Source: Coprobacillus sp.
GTDB lineage: Bacteria > Bacillota_I > Bacilli_A > RFN20 > CAG-826
Direction of reading: 5' to 3'
NCBI GenBank assembly: GCA_021203805.1
Contig: JAJQAM010000006.1
Location: 1 to 44,844, forward strand
Length of the DNA: 44,844 nt
Shown: piece after piece, positions 1 through 7,867 of the stretch
How the letters are laid out: every line of letters begins with the position of its first letter
Numbering within the stretch: position 1 is the stretch's first letter
Program-made: the position numbers and the translations under genes
The notes under the pieces: generated by a model
What the model saw: the letters and a program-made list of their open reading frames with translations, nothing else
Database searches by the model: none
Told to the model about the DNA's origin: nothing

Positions 1-2
1 AG

Positions 3-596
3 GCCCGTGCGATTATGGAAGCCGCGATTCAGGCAAGCCATGACCTCGGTAAAGAAGTCACTCCAGAAATCATGATTCCTTTAACATTAGATGTTAAAGA
101 ATTCCAGTTTGTGAAGAAGATTATTGTTGATGAGTGTGAAAAAGTCCTTGCTGAAAAAGGAAGCCATCTCCACTACGAAGTCGGCACCATGATTGAAATT
201 CCACGTGCGGCCCTTCTCTCCGGTGAGATTGGTAAAGAAGCCGCCTTCTATTCCTTCGGCACTAACGACCTCACACAAATGACTTATGGATTCAGCCGTG
301 ATGACGCTGGTAAGTTCTTACCAAGTTATTACGAGCACAAGATTTTCGAGCAAGATCCATTTGCCACTGTTGACCAGCATGGTGTCGGTCGTCTCATTAA
401 GATGGCCACTGAAGAAGGTAAGGCTGTTAACCCAGACCTCCACGTTGGTGTCTGCGGTGAGCACGGCGGTGATCCTGTCTCCGTTGAGTTCTTCCATAAT
501 GTCGGTGTGGACTATGTCTCTTGCTCTCCATTCCGTGTGCCTATTGCTCGTCTAGCGGCGGCACAAGCTAACATCAAAAATCCTCGTAAAAAATAA
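3..596 (+). CDS. ppdK: Pyruvate phosphate dikinase, C-terminal part (5' end outside window)
   Basis: Motifs [40 protein letters not shown] and [10 protein letters not shown]. The frame is open back to the window edge. Confidence 0.95.
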   Translation, partial: ARAIMEAAIQASHDLGKEVTPEIMIPLTLDVKEFQFVKKIIVDECEKVLAEKGSHLHYEVGTMIEIPRAALLSGEIGKEAAFYSFGTNDLTQMTYGFSRDDAGKFLPSYYEHKIFEQDPFATVDQHGVGRLIKMATEEGKAVNPDLHVGVCGEHGGDPVSVEFFHNVGVDYVSCSPFRVPIARLAAAQANIKNPRKK

Positions 597-623
597 TTCC
601 TTTTTGCGGGATTAATAAAATTT

Positions 624-649
624 AAGCCATCCTTATGGGTGGCTTTTTT
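624..649 (+). terminator. Intrinsic terminator after ppdK
   Basis: AAGCCATCC-TTAT-GGGTGGCTT stem followed by a T run. Confidence 0.85.
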
Positions 650-691
650 ATACGCTATATAAGGGAAAGCATTCCTAAAATATAGGGCATT

Positions 692-796
692 TTAATTTTT
701 TTTATTTTTTCCAGTTTCTATTGACCCTAAAATATATAGGGGTATAATAAAACCGGTTAAAAAGGAGGCGAAAGAAATAAAAAAGAAGCTAAACAT
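692..796 (-). CDS. Candidate 34-aa single-TM peptide MFSFFFISFASFLTGFIIPLYILGSIETGKNKKN (not in ORF track)
   Basis: Translated by hand. ATG at 796 is preceded by AAGGATGGAGTG; stop TAA at 694-692; hydrophobic core with a basic tail. It could be an antisense artefact of an A/G-rich plus strand. Confidence 0.3.
   Translation of the reverse strand: MFSFFFISFASFLTGFIIPLYILGSIETGKNKKN
721..748 (+). promoter_or_regulatory. Sigma-A type promoter, probably for feoAB
   Basis: TTGACC (721-726), 16-nt spacer, TATAAT (743-748). Confidence 0.65.
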
Positions 797-1021
797 CACT
801 CCATCCTTACTATGTTATCTGTAAGATAAATTACTAATTAATGCTTATTTTATAGAAATAATCGTTAACTAGAGAATTTACAAAGAAAACATAATTAAGT
901 AGTTAATTATTTTTTTGTGACATAATAAGTGAATTTTCACTAACGATAGGTCTATTGCCGATATTTTAGTTATAGCCGTAGTGATGTTTTAGCTTTCTAA
1001 CGATGAGGAGGAAAAGCTATG
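784..1021 (+). promoter_or_regulatory. Candidate structured 5' leader of feoAB with alternative pairings over the RBS
   Basis: 784-800 is complementary to 980-998; 990-996 is alternatively complementary to 1013-1019, next to SD GAGGAGG (1005-1011). Confidence 0.45.
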
Positions 1022-1345
1022 CCAAGACTTAAAAGAAAAAGAAAAATTATTATCGATAACCCTGAGACTCTTGACCAACTCAATGTAGATCAGACCGCAT
1101 GGATAAAATCGGTTAATCTCCCAGATGGACAAATGAGAAGAAGGCTTCAAGATCTCGGTATTATCGAGGGAACAAGAGTGGTTTGTAAACAAGCCGCTCC
1201 CTCAGGCAACCCTAAATCGTTCCTTGTAAGGGGAGCGACAATAGCGATTAGGACTGAGGATTCTAAAAACGTCTATATTACGACAAAAGAGCCCACTAGC
1301 GAAGATGAAACGCAAGTAGTAGAAGAAGAAAATAAAACTGAATAG
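1019..1345 (+). CDS. feoA: Ferrous iron transport protein A
   Basis: RRLQDLGIIEGTRV...APSGNP...VRGATIAIR motif; SD GAGGAGG; lies upstream of feoB. Confidence 0.9.
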   Translation: MPRLKRKRKIIIDNPETLDQLNVDQTAWIKSVNLPDGQMRRRLQDLGIIEGTRVVCKQAAPSGNPKSFLVRGATIAIRTEDSKNVYITTKEPTSEDETQVVEEENKTE

Positions 1346-1433
1346 GCTCTTCACCGCAATTTTGATGAGATAAATAAACAAGATTAGAACTTAATCAAGG
1401 GAAATGAGTTCGATGAGAAAGGAGGAATAAGTC

Positions 1434-3548
1434 ATGTCTATTATGTGTACGGGCTGTCCTTATTGTCCTGAGGACGAAGGAAAGCCAAAAAGAAGAAGAA
1501 AGCAGAAAAAAGACGCCGCTTCTACAAAGTTAAAAGGCAATAAATTAAAACCTGATGATCATATAATAGCCCTTGCAGGCAATCCAAATACTGGTAAAAG
1601 TACTGTTTTTAATGCGCTTACAGGAATGCATCAGCATACAGGAAATTGGCCAGGCAAAACCGTGGCAACTGCTGAAGGGCGATATGAATATGACGACAAA
1701 GGCTACGTTTTAGTAGATCTCCCTGGGACCTACTCCCTTTTATCACACAGTCAGGAAGAGGAAATCGCCTCTGACTTTGTCATAAATGGTGGAGCGGAAT
1801 GCGTAGTTGTCATCTGTGAATCAGTTTGCCTTGAAAGAAATCTTATCTTAGTGCAACAAGTTATGGAGCTACATGACAAAGTAATTGTTGTGGTTAATCT
1901 TATGGATGAAGCAAAAAGACACGGAATTAGTGTGAATTTTAATGAGATAAGAGAAAGACTTGGTGTCCCTGTGATTGGAACAAGCGCTGCGAGAGGAGAG
2001 GGCTTAGACGAACTTAAAAAACTTATTGAGGATGTATGCGAAGGGAACGTTTCACCCAAACCAAAAAGAATTATTTGTACCCATGATGAAGATGGGGATA
2101 TGAGAATGACCATGATGCGTGGAACCACTCAAAAAGAGAGTGATTTCACGGCCGTTAGAATGGTCTATAGAGCAGAGGAAATCTCTAGAGAAACTGTCTT
2201 TGATAGTGGAGATACCCCTGCTGAAAAACGCCAAAAAATGATGGATAAAATATTTATGGGCAGATGGGGAATACTCATTATGCTTGCCGTTTTATTCTTT
2301 ATTTTCTGGTTTACACTCGCTGGTGCAGATTGGCTAACAGATCCATTACAGTGGTGTTTTGACAAGATTTATATCTGGAACGATGAAACTGGAATGGGTC
2401 TGCACTACCTAGTCGATCTAGCAGATCAAGCAAAGTGGAGTGGTTGGTACTATATAACAATAGTCTTAGTTGATGGTGGTTATTTAGTAGCTACGAAGGT
2501 TATTGCAGTAATGCTCCCACCGATGGCAATATTCTTCCCGCTCTTTACTTTGCTTGAGGACTTTGGCTACTTACCAAGAGTGGCGTTTAGACTAGATAAT
2601 GCTTTTAGAAAATGCGGCGCTTGCGGTAAGCAGTCTCTTACCATGTGTATGGGATTCGGCTGTAATGCTGCTGGGGTAGTGGGCTGCCGAATTATTGACT
2701 CAGAAAGGGAAAGAAAGATTGCTATTTTAACCAATAACTTTGTTCCATGTAATGGAAGATTTCCAACATTAATGCTTGTTATTGGCTTCTTACTCGAGCA
2801 AATATTTAAAGCTTCTTTTGGGAGCTGGTTCATTTCTAGCCTCTTATCAACTATTGTTCTTCTAGTTGTGGTTGTGATCGGTGTTCTTATCACATTTGGT
2901 GTTAGTAAAGGCCTATCAAGCACAATGCTTAAAGGCGAACCATCATCATTTGTCCTAGAATTACCGCCTTTTCGAAGACCAATGTTTGGAAGAGTAATTG
3001 TAAGAAGTATTTGGGATAGAACCATTAAAGTGCTCGGTAGAGCGGTAGAAGTTGCTCTCCCCGCTGGTATTCTAATTGGAATATTGGCGGTCATTCCATT
3101 CCATGATTCCACAGTTATTGTTGGAATCGCTAATGCCCTTAACGGGGTTGGAACCGTGATGGGCTTTGGAGGGTCCGAAGGATTTAATGGTATATTAGGG
3201 GGAACATTACTCCTTGCCTTTATCCTCGGCCTTCCCGCTAACGAAATCGTTATTCCAATTGCGGTAATGATTCTCTCTATGGCAAGCAGTGGAGGCTATG
3301 TGAGCATGGTTACTGGAATGGGCGATTCAGATATTACCTCAATACTAGTAAACGCTGGAATGACGTGGAAAACATGTATATCTCTGATGACCTTCTCACT
3401 GCTCCACTGGCCGTGTGCGACGACTATCCTGTCAGTCAAAAACGAGTTAAACTCCTGGAAATGGGCGGGATTATCCGCTTTAATTCCAACAGTATGTGGA
3501 GTTGCTGCGTGTCTAGTTCTCAATTGGGGAATTCTCTGGTGGATTTAA
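1434..3548 (+). CDS. feoB: Ferrous iron transport protein B
   Basis: G1 GNPNTGKS, G2 GNWPGKT, G3 DLPGTYSL, G4 NLMD; membrane motifs FVPCNGRFP, FVLELPP and LHWPC; SD AAGGAGG. Confidence 0.96.
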   Translation: MSIMCTGCPYCPEDEGKPKRRRKQKKDAASTKLKGNKLKPDDHIIALAGNPNTGKSTVFNALTGMHQHTGNWPGKTVATAEGRYEYDDKGYVLVDLPGTYSLLSHSQEEEIASDFVINGGAECVVVICESVCLERNLILVQQVMELHDKVIVVVNLMDEAKRHGISVNFNEIRERLGVPVIGTSAARGEGLDELKKLIEDVCEGNVSPKPKRIICTHDEDGDMRMTMMRGTTQKESDFTAVRMVYRAEEISRETVFDSGDTPAEKRQKMMDKIFMGRWGILIMLAVLFFIFWFTLAGADWLTDPLQWCFDKIYIWNDETGMGLHYLVDLADQAKWSGWYYITIVLVDGGYLVATKVIAVMLPPMAIFFPLFTLLEDFGYLPRVAFRLDNAFRKCGACGKQSLTMCMGFGCNAAGVVGCRIIDSERERKIAILTNNFVPCNGRFPTLMLVIGFLLEQIFKASFGSWFISSLLSTIVLLVVVVIGVLITFGVSKGLSSTMLKGEPSSFVLELPPFRRPMFGRVIVRSIWDRTIKVLGRAVEVALPAGILIGILAVIPFHDSTVIVGIANALNGVGTVMGFGGSEGFNGILGGTLLLAFILGLPANEIVIPIAVMILSMASSGGYVSMVTGMGDSDITSILVNAGMTWKTCISLMTFSLLHWPCATTILSVKNELNSWKWAGLSALIPTVCGVAACLVLNWGILWWI

Positions 3549-3551
3549 TAT

Positions 3552-3600
3552 AAAAAAGAATGCATTTCTAGATGAAAAATCCAGATTTGCACTCTTTTTT
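3552..3600. terminator. Bidirectional terminator between feoB and the convergent operon
   Basis: AAAAAAGAATGCA...TGCACTCTTTTTT with an inner stem; A run on one side, T run on the other. Confidence 0.7.
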
Positions 3601-3618
3601 TATTATTTAGATGAGTTT

Positions 3619-3882
3619 TTACTTAAATAAGCCGGGGACTTCAACATCAAAGACAATGCTATAATCGGAGTCGAGATAACCAACAACTTTGCCGTTTATT
3701 ATGACGTTTGCGTCGTCATCAATCTCGCCAACTTTTACATCTTTAACAGAGATGGCTCCGTCGTTATCCATATCCGCAAACTTCTTTCCAAACATATAAA
3801 GGCCGTCACGAGAGATATAGCCCACTATATCACCTCTATATAAGATGTTCTTTCCAAAGCACTCAACCACAACCATATTCAA
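3619..3882 (-). CDS. Hypothetical small beta-repeat protein
   Basis: Starts 3 nt after the glmU-like stop (TTG at 3882 or ATG at 3876); repeated G-x-x-VG-(Y/E)-(I/L) units. Confidence 0.7.
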   Translation of the reverse strand: MNMVVVECFGKNILYRGDIVGYISRDGLYMFGKKFADMDNDGAISVKDVKVGEIDDDANVIINGKVVGYLDSDYSIVFDVEVPGLFK

Positions 3883-3885
3883 AGC

Positions 3886-4935
3886 CTATTTTCCAATAGT
3901 TTCATCACTACCAATGGTCTGACCTTCTATTTTAACAAAAGGTCCAATATGGTTATGGTCCCCAATTGTGGAGGTTGCTATAGATGAGAAGGAAATGTTA
4001 TTTCCTTCACCTATATCAGTCTTAGCAATATAAACATTAGGACCAATTCTATTAGCACATCCAATATTACAGTGTCCAAATATGGTAGTGTTAGGCATGA
4101 TAATAGTGTCCTCTCCGATTCTGACATTAGGAGAGATATAAGTTGTCTTAGGGTCCTCCATACTAACACCAGATAGCATAAGCTTACGATTTACTCTATC
4201 TTTCATAATCTTAGCGGCGGTGGCAAGTTGGACTCTTGTGCTCACTGCGTATATCTCAGTAGCGTCTTCTAAAACATAGGCTCCAACCTTAAGTCCATCA
4301 TTCACGAAGGATTCAACCATATCCCCAATATTGTATTTTCCTTCATCAGATTCCTCGATTTTTGCAAGGTATTTGAATAAAAGCTTGTTATCTACAAGAT
4401 AAATACCCGCATTGATTTCGTGGACATTATCATAGATAGCTTGTCTATTCTTATCATCAATTATCTTGAGGATATGACGAGATTTTGGATCTCTGACCAC
4501 TCTTGCATATTCATAGGCGTTATCCACCATAGCGGTAAGAAGGGTTAAATCTTCATGATCTTTAGCATTCTTTTTGAATAGCTTTTCTAGTGTTTCACTC
4601 GTAAGGAGAGGCATGTCACCAAAAACGATGAGGGTTTTGCCTTCTTTATCTTTGAGAAGAGGCTTAGCGCATAGGGCCGCTTTTGCGGTTCCATTAAGCT
4701 CCTTTTGCCAGACAACTTCGGAGCGTTTCTTGACTATTTCGCTTGTAACGTCTCCTCCAAATCCCACCACAGTGATAGTCTTATCAAAATGTAATGGCTT
4801 TAAAGCGTCTAATACATATTTAATGATTGGCCTTCCTAATATTGGATAAGATACCTTAGAATGCTCTTTTTCTTTGGTGACCATCTTTCTGCCTTTACCC
4901 GCAGCAATGATAATCGCATATCTTGGCTCGCTCAT
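3886..4935 (-). CDS. glmU: GlmU-like nucleotidyltransferase, C-terminally short (349 aa)
   Basis: IAAGKGRKM, FGDMPL and EINAGIY motifs, then GVSMEDPKTTYI and hexapeptide repeats; ends before the acetyltransferase active site. Confidence 0.75.
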   Translation of the reverse strand: MSEPRYAIIIAAGKGRKMVTKEKEHSKVSYPILGRPIIKYVLDALKPLHFDKTITVVGFGGDVTSEIVKKRSEVVWQKELNGTAKAALCAKPLLKDKEGKTLIVFGDMPLLTSETLEKLFKKNAKDHEDLTLLTAMVDNAYEYARVVRDPKSRHILKIIDDKNRQAIYDNVHEINAGIYLVDNKLLFKYLAKIEESDEGKYNIGDMVESFVNDGLKVGAYVLEDATEIYAVSTRVQLATAAKIMKDRVNRKLMLSGVSMEDPKTTYISPNVRIGEDTIIMPNTTIFGHCNIGCANRIGPNVYIAKTDIGEGNNISFSSIATSTIGDHNHIGPFVKIEGQTIGSDETIGK

Positions 4936-5795
4936 TTTTCATTCCTCACTTTCGTAACTACAACTTCGTATTGTTCTTCATATTTATTTGCAATCTTTTT
5001 AATTAATTTCTTGTCGGTGGATAGTCCAAAGACACAGGATCCAGAGCCTGAAAGCTGAACAATCTTAAGTCCTTCCTCATGTAAGAGGTCAATAATAGTC
5101 TGAATTTCAGGGCATAAACTAATAGAAACGGCCTGTAATGAGTTTTTAATAGAGGAGGCGAGTAATTCATCGTCTCCTTCTTCAAGGGCTTTAATAACCG
5201 CGTTTATGTCGCAAGTTTCTAAAGTAAAGGAATCACACTTGTCATAAACTTCTTTAGAAGAAAGACCAACATGAGGCTTCACTAAAACACAGTAGTAAAC
5301 ATTTTTAACTGTAATAGGCTCAACCTTTTCGCCGGTCCCAGACACTCTCGCGGGCACTCCTTTGATGAAAAATGGAATATCAGAACCTAGTTTCGCTCCA
5401 ATTTTAATTAAATCATTATCGGAGAGGCCAAGCTTTAGATAAGTATTCACTCCTGTAAGAGTGGCCGCGGCATTAGAGCTACCGCCTCCTAAACCCGCTT
5501 CCATAGGAATGACCTTATGCACAAAAATCCTGAATTTGTCGGGGAATTTATATTTGGCGGCAAGCGCATCAATTGCAAATGTTGCTAAATTATATTTGAC
5601 TGGACCAACTGAAAAATCATCCACTGTGATGTAGTTGTCTCTTGCTCCTTTAAGCTTCTCGACATAGATAGAGTCGTGAAGAGTAAGAGGAAGCATAACC
5701 ATATCTAGAGTGTGGTAGCCACTATCGAGTTTATCAAGCACATTCAAAGCAATGTTAATCTTAGCGTAGCTTTTAACGAGAAGTGTCTTTGCCAT
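4932..5795 (-). CDS. ispE: 4-diphosphocytidyl-2-C-methyl-D-erythritol kinase
   Basis: AKINIAL, YHTLDMV, IPMEAGLGGGSSNAA, GSDIPFF and LSGSGS motifs; start moved to the ATG at 5795. Confidence 0.93.
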   Translation of the reverse strand: MAKTLLVKSYAKINIALNVLDKLDSGYHTLDMVMLPLTLHDSIYVEKLKGARDNYITVDDFSVGPVKYNLATFAIDALAAKYKFPDKFRIFVHKVIPMEAGLGGGSSNAAATLTGVNTYLKLGLSDNDLIKIGAKLGSDIPFFIKGVPARVSGTGEKVEPITVKNVYYCVLVKPHVGLSSKEVYDKCDSFTLETCDINAVIKALEEGDDELLASSIKNSLQAVSISLCPEIQTIIDLLHEEGLKIVQLSGSGSCVFGLSTDKKLIKKIANKYEEQYEVVVTKVRNEK

Positions 5796-6603
5796 TTGCT
5801 TGTTTGATCCTTTCTTGCATCTCAAAATACAATTTATAACTTATTTGCTCAGGACGAGCGTTAAATGGAATTTCAAGTTCATTTAATATATTACCACAAA
5901 GAACGTCGTCGTTTAGATACCTTTTCAAATTGTTATAAATCGTCTTCCTACGATTTAAAAAGATGTCTTTGCACATCAAATAAGTGTTTTTTATGTCATT
6001 TCTATCACTTTGACTATTAATATCGATAGTAAAAACTGTCGATACACACTTAGGAGAGGGGTAAAAAGCGGAGGGAGGAACGCTGAATTCTTTCTTAATA
6101 TCTCCGAGAAGATGAATGAGAATACTTGCCGGACCATACTCTTTCCCAGAGGTCGAAGTGAAGTGAAGAAGGGTTTCATTCTCGCACATTAAAACTAACC
6201 TACTAGCTTTATTAGCTTTAAGGCATAGGTCCACTATGATTTCAGTGGTCAAATTATATGGTAAATTACTCACTATTTTAGTGTATCCATCTAGGTCCGT
6301 ACGGCGGACATCTTGGTTAACAATTTTAATATTGTCTTGCTTATAGATAAGCTTAAGGAATGTGGTCATGTTTTGATCAACGTCTAGAAGGGTTATATCA
6401 TTATCAAAACTAGATAAAAAGTGGGACAAACTTCCAAGACCTGACCCAATTTCTAAAATTTTGTCGCTTTTTTCAATATTTAAGAGCTCTACTATTTTAG
6501 AGGCAATTTCTGGATCAATAAGGAAATTTTGCCCATAGTTAATATCAGGAGTAACTCCTATCTCACTTAGAATAGATTTGATGTTTTTATTATTGATTTC
6601 CAT
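5773..6603 (-). CDS. rsmA: 16S rRNA dimethyladenosine transferase KsgA
   Basis: YGQNFLID, LEIGSGLG, VSNLPYN and FYPSPKCVS motifs. Confidence 0.93.
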   Translation of the reverse strand: MEINNKNIKSILSEIGVTPDINYGQNFLIDPEIASKIVELLNIEKSDKILEIGSGLGSLSHFLSSFDNDITLLDVDQNMTTFLKLIYKQDNIKIVNQDVRRTDLDGYTKIVSNLPYNLTTEIIVDLCLKANKASRLVLMCENETLLHFTSTSGKEYGPASILIHLLGDIKKEFSVPPSAFYPSPKCVSTVFTIDINSQSDRNDIKNTYLMCKDIFLNRRKTIYNNLKRYLNDDVLCGNILNELEIPFNARPEQISYKLYFEMQERIKQANGKDTSR

Positions 6604-7096
6604 ACTTCAATTTTAAGTCTTTTTCGCTAATTTTTAAGATGCATAATTTATTAAGAATGTTTCTATTATTTTTAACCCTAATATGATAATCGCTAAGAAT
6701 CTCTTTTTTATGAGTTAGGTATGGTCTTAACTCCTCTATTGTGAGAGATGGCCTCTCTCGATTATTATCAAAGTAGGGCTCTAATGTTTTAATAACAATG
6801 TCCTTAGGGCATTCAAAGACTCCATGCTTTTTATTATCCGAAGGATAATAGAGCAAAACATCTTCGCAATTTGGAACCTTCTTTTGAATTTGATTAGATA
6901 GGGATCTTCCAACGTCGTCTGGATCCAAAAGAAGAATAATCTTACGCACTTTGCTCACTTCTGTAAGATATAAAAAGTCCTCTTCATTTATATCGGTTCC
7001 ATGTGTAACAAATATATCACAATCAAGGAAAGATTTTAGATAAGATTTATCGTTTTCTCCCTCAACAATTACAAGCGCATTAAGAATATATTTCAT
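6590..7096 (-). CDS. rnmV: Ribonuclease M5 (Toprim)
   Basis: VIVEGENDK and LLDPDDVG Toprim motifs; lies between tatD and rsmA. Confidence 0.8.
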   Translation of the reverse strand: MKYILNALVIVEGENDKSYLKSFLDCDIFVTHGTDINEEDFLYLTEVSKVRKIILLLDPDDVGRSLSNQIQKKVPNCEDVLLYYPSDNKKHGVFECPKDIVIKTLEPYFDNNRERPSLTIEELRPYLTHKKEILSDYHIRVKNNRNILNKLCILKISEKDLKLKYGNQ

Positions 7097-7112
7097 TTTT
7101 ACACGTGAAACA
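7097..7112. promoter_or_regulatory. parS-like centromere site
   Basis: TTTTACACGTGAAACA versus consensus TGTTNCACGTGAAACA (one mismatch); about 5 kb from the DnaA boxes. Confidence 0.55.
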
Positions 7113-7866
7113 ATTTTACTGTATTACTATAGGTAAAATCTGCAATTTTTTCGTATGTTTCACCCTTACACCTTGCAATCTCTTCCACCACTAATGGTAA
7201 AAATGTAGGTGAATTCATTTCCCCTCTATGTGGGTGGGGAGCAAGGTAAGGTGAGTCGGTTTCCACAAGTAGTCTATCAAGCGGTACAATTCTAGCAACT
7301 TCCTTCACGCTTCTCGCGTTCGTAAAGGTAACTGGACCATCGAGACCGATATATAGACCTAGCTTAATAAAGTCATTTACCATTTCAGGAGATCCGCTGT
7401 AGCAGTGAACTACACCGCTGTACATAGGAGTGTGCTCTTTAAGAATGTCATAGGTATCCTGAATAGACTCTCGGGAATGAATAACAATTGGTTTCTTATA
7501 TTGATTGGCAATATCGATTTGTTTAATAAACCATTCCTTTTGTCTTTCCTTCTGCCAGTCTTCTTTTTCCCAGTGATAATCTAGACCGATTTCTCCCACC
7601 GCAATAACTTTAGGATGGTTTAATAATTTAAAAAACTCATCCACGTCCTTATCTAAAATCGAGTCAATCTCGGTCGGAATGATGCCAACCGTCGCATAGC
7701 AGCAATCAAATTCCTCGGCAATTTTGACTGCTAAAATAGAGGAGTCATAGTCATATCCAATAACGATAAACTTCTCGACTCCTTTTTCCTGAGCTTCTTT
7801 AATGATGCTTTTACGAAGCACATAGAGCTTTTCTTCATTTAAATGGCAGTGTGAATCAATAATCAT
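7099..7866 (-). CDS. tatD: TatD family nuclease
   Basis: DSHCHL, GEIGLDY, VIHSRE, VHCYSG and ETDSPY motifs. Confidence 0.95.
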   Translation of the reverse strand: MIIDSHCHLNEEKLYVLRKSIIKEAQEKGVEKFIVIGYDYDSSILAVKIAEEFDCCYATVGIIPTEIDSILDKDVDEFFKLLNHPKVIAVGEIGLDYHWEKEDWQKERQKEWFIKQIDIANQYKKPIVIHSRESIQDTYDILKEHTPMYSGVVHCYSGSPEMVNDFIKLGLYIGLDGPVTFTNARSVKEVARIVPLDRLLVETDSPYLAPHPHRGEMNSPTFLPLVVEEIARCKGETYEKIADFTYSNTVKLFHV

Positions 7867-7867
7867 C

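Noticed and set aside
674-742. Repeated CCTAAAATA(TA)TAGGG palindromes at 674-687 and 725-742
   Set aside because: The arm spacing differs between the copies, so a shared operator is not supported.
784-998. 6S RNA as the explanation for the end-to-end pairing
   Set aside because: The size fits, but I could not build the long irregular rod with a central bubble, and no terminator separates it from feoA.
3619-3888. Downstream ORF as the frameshifted C-terminus of GlmU
   Set aside because: It has no hexapeptide pattern or HLxYLGD/NYDG motifs, so it appears to be a separate protein.
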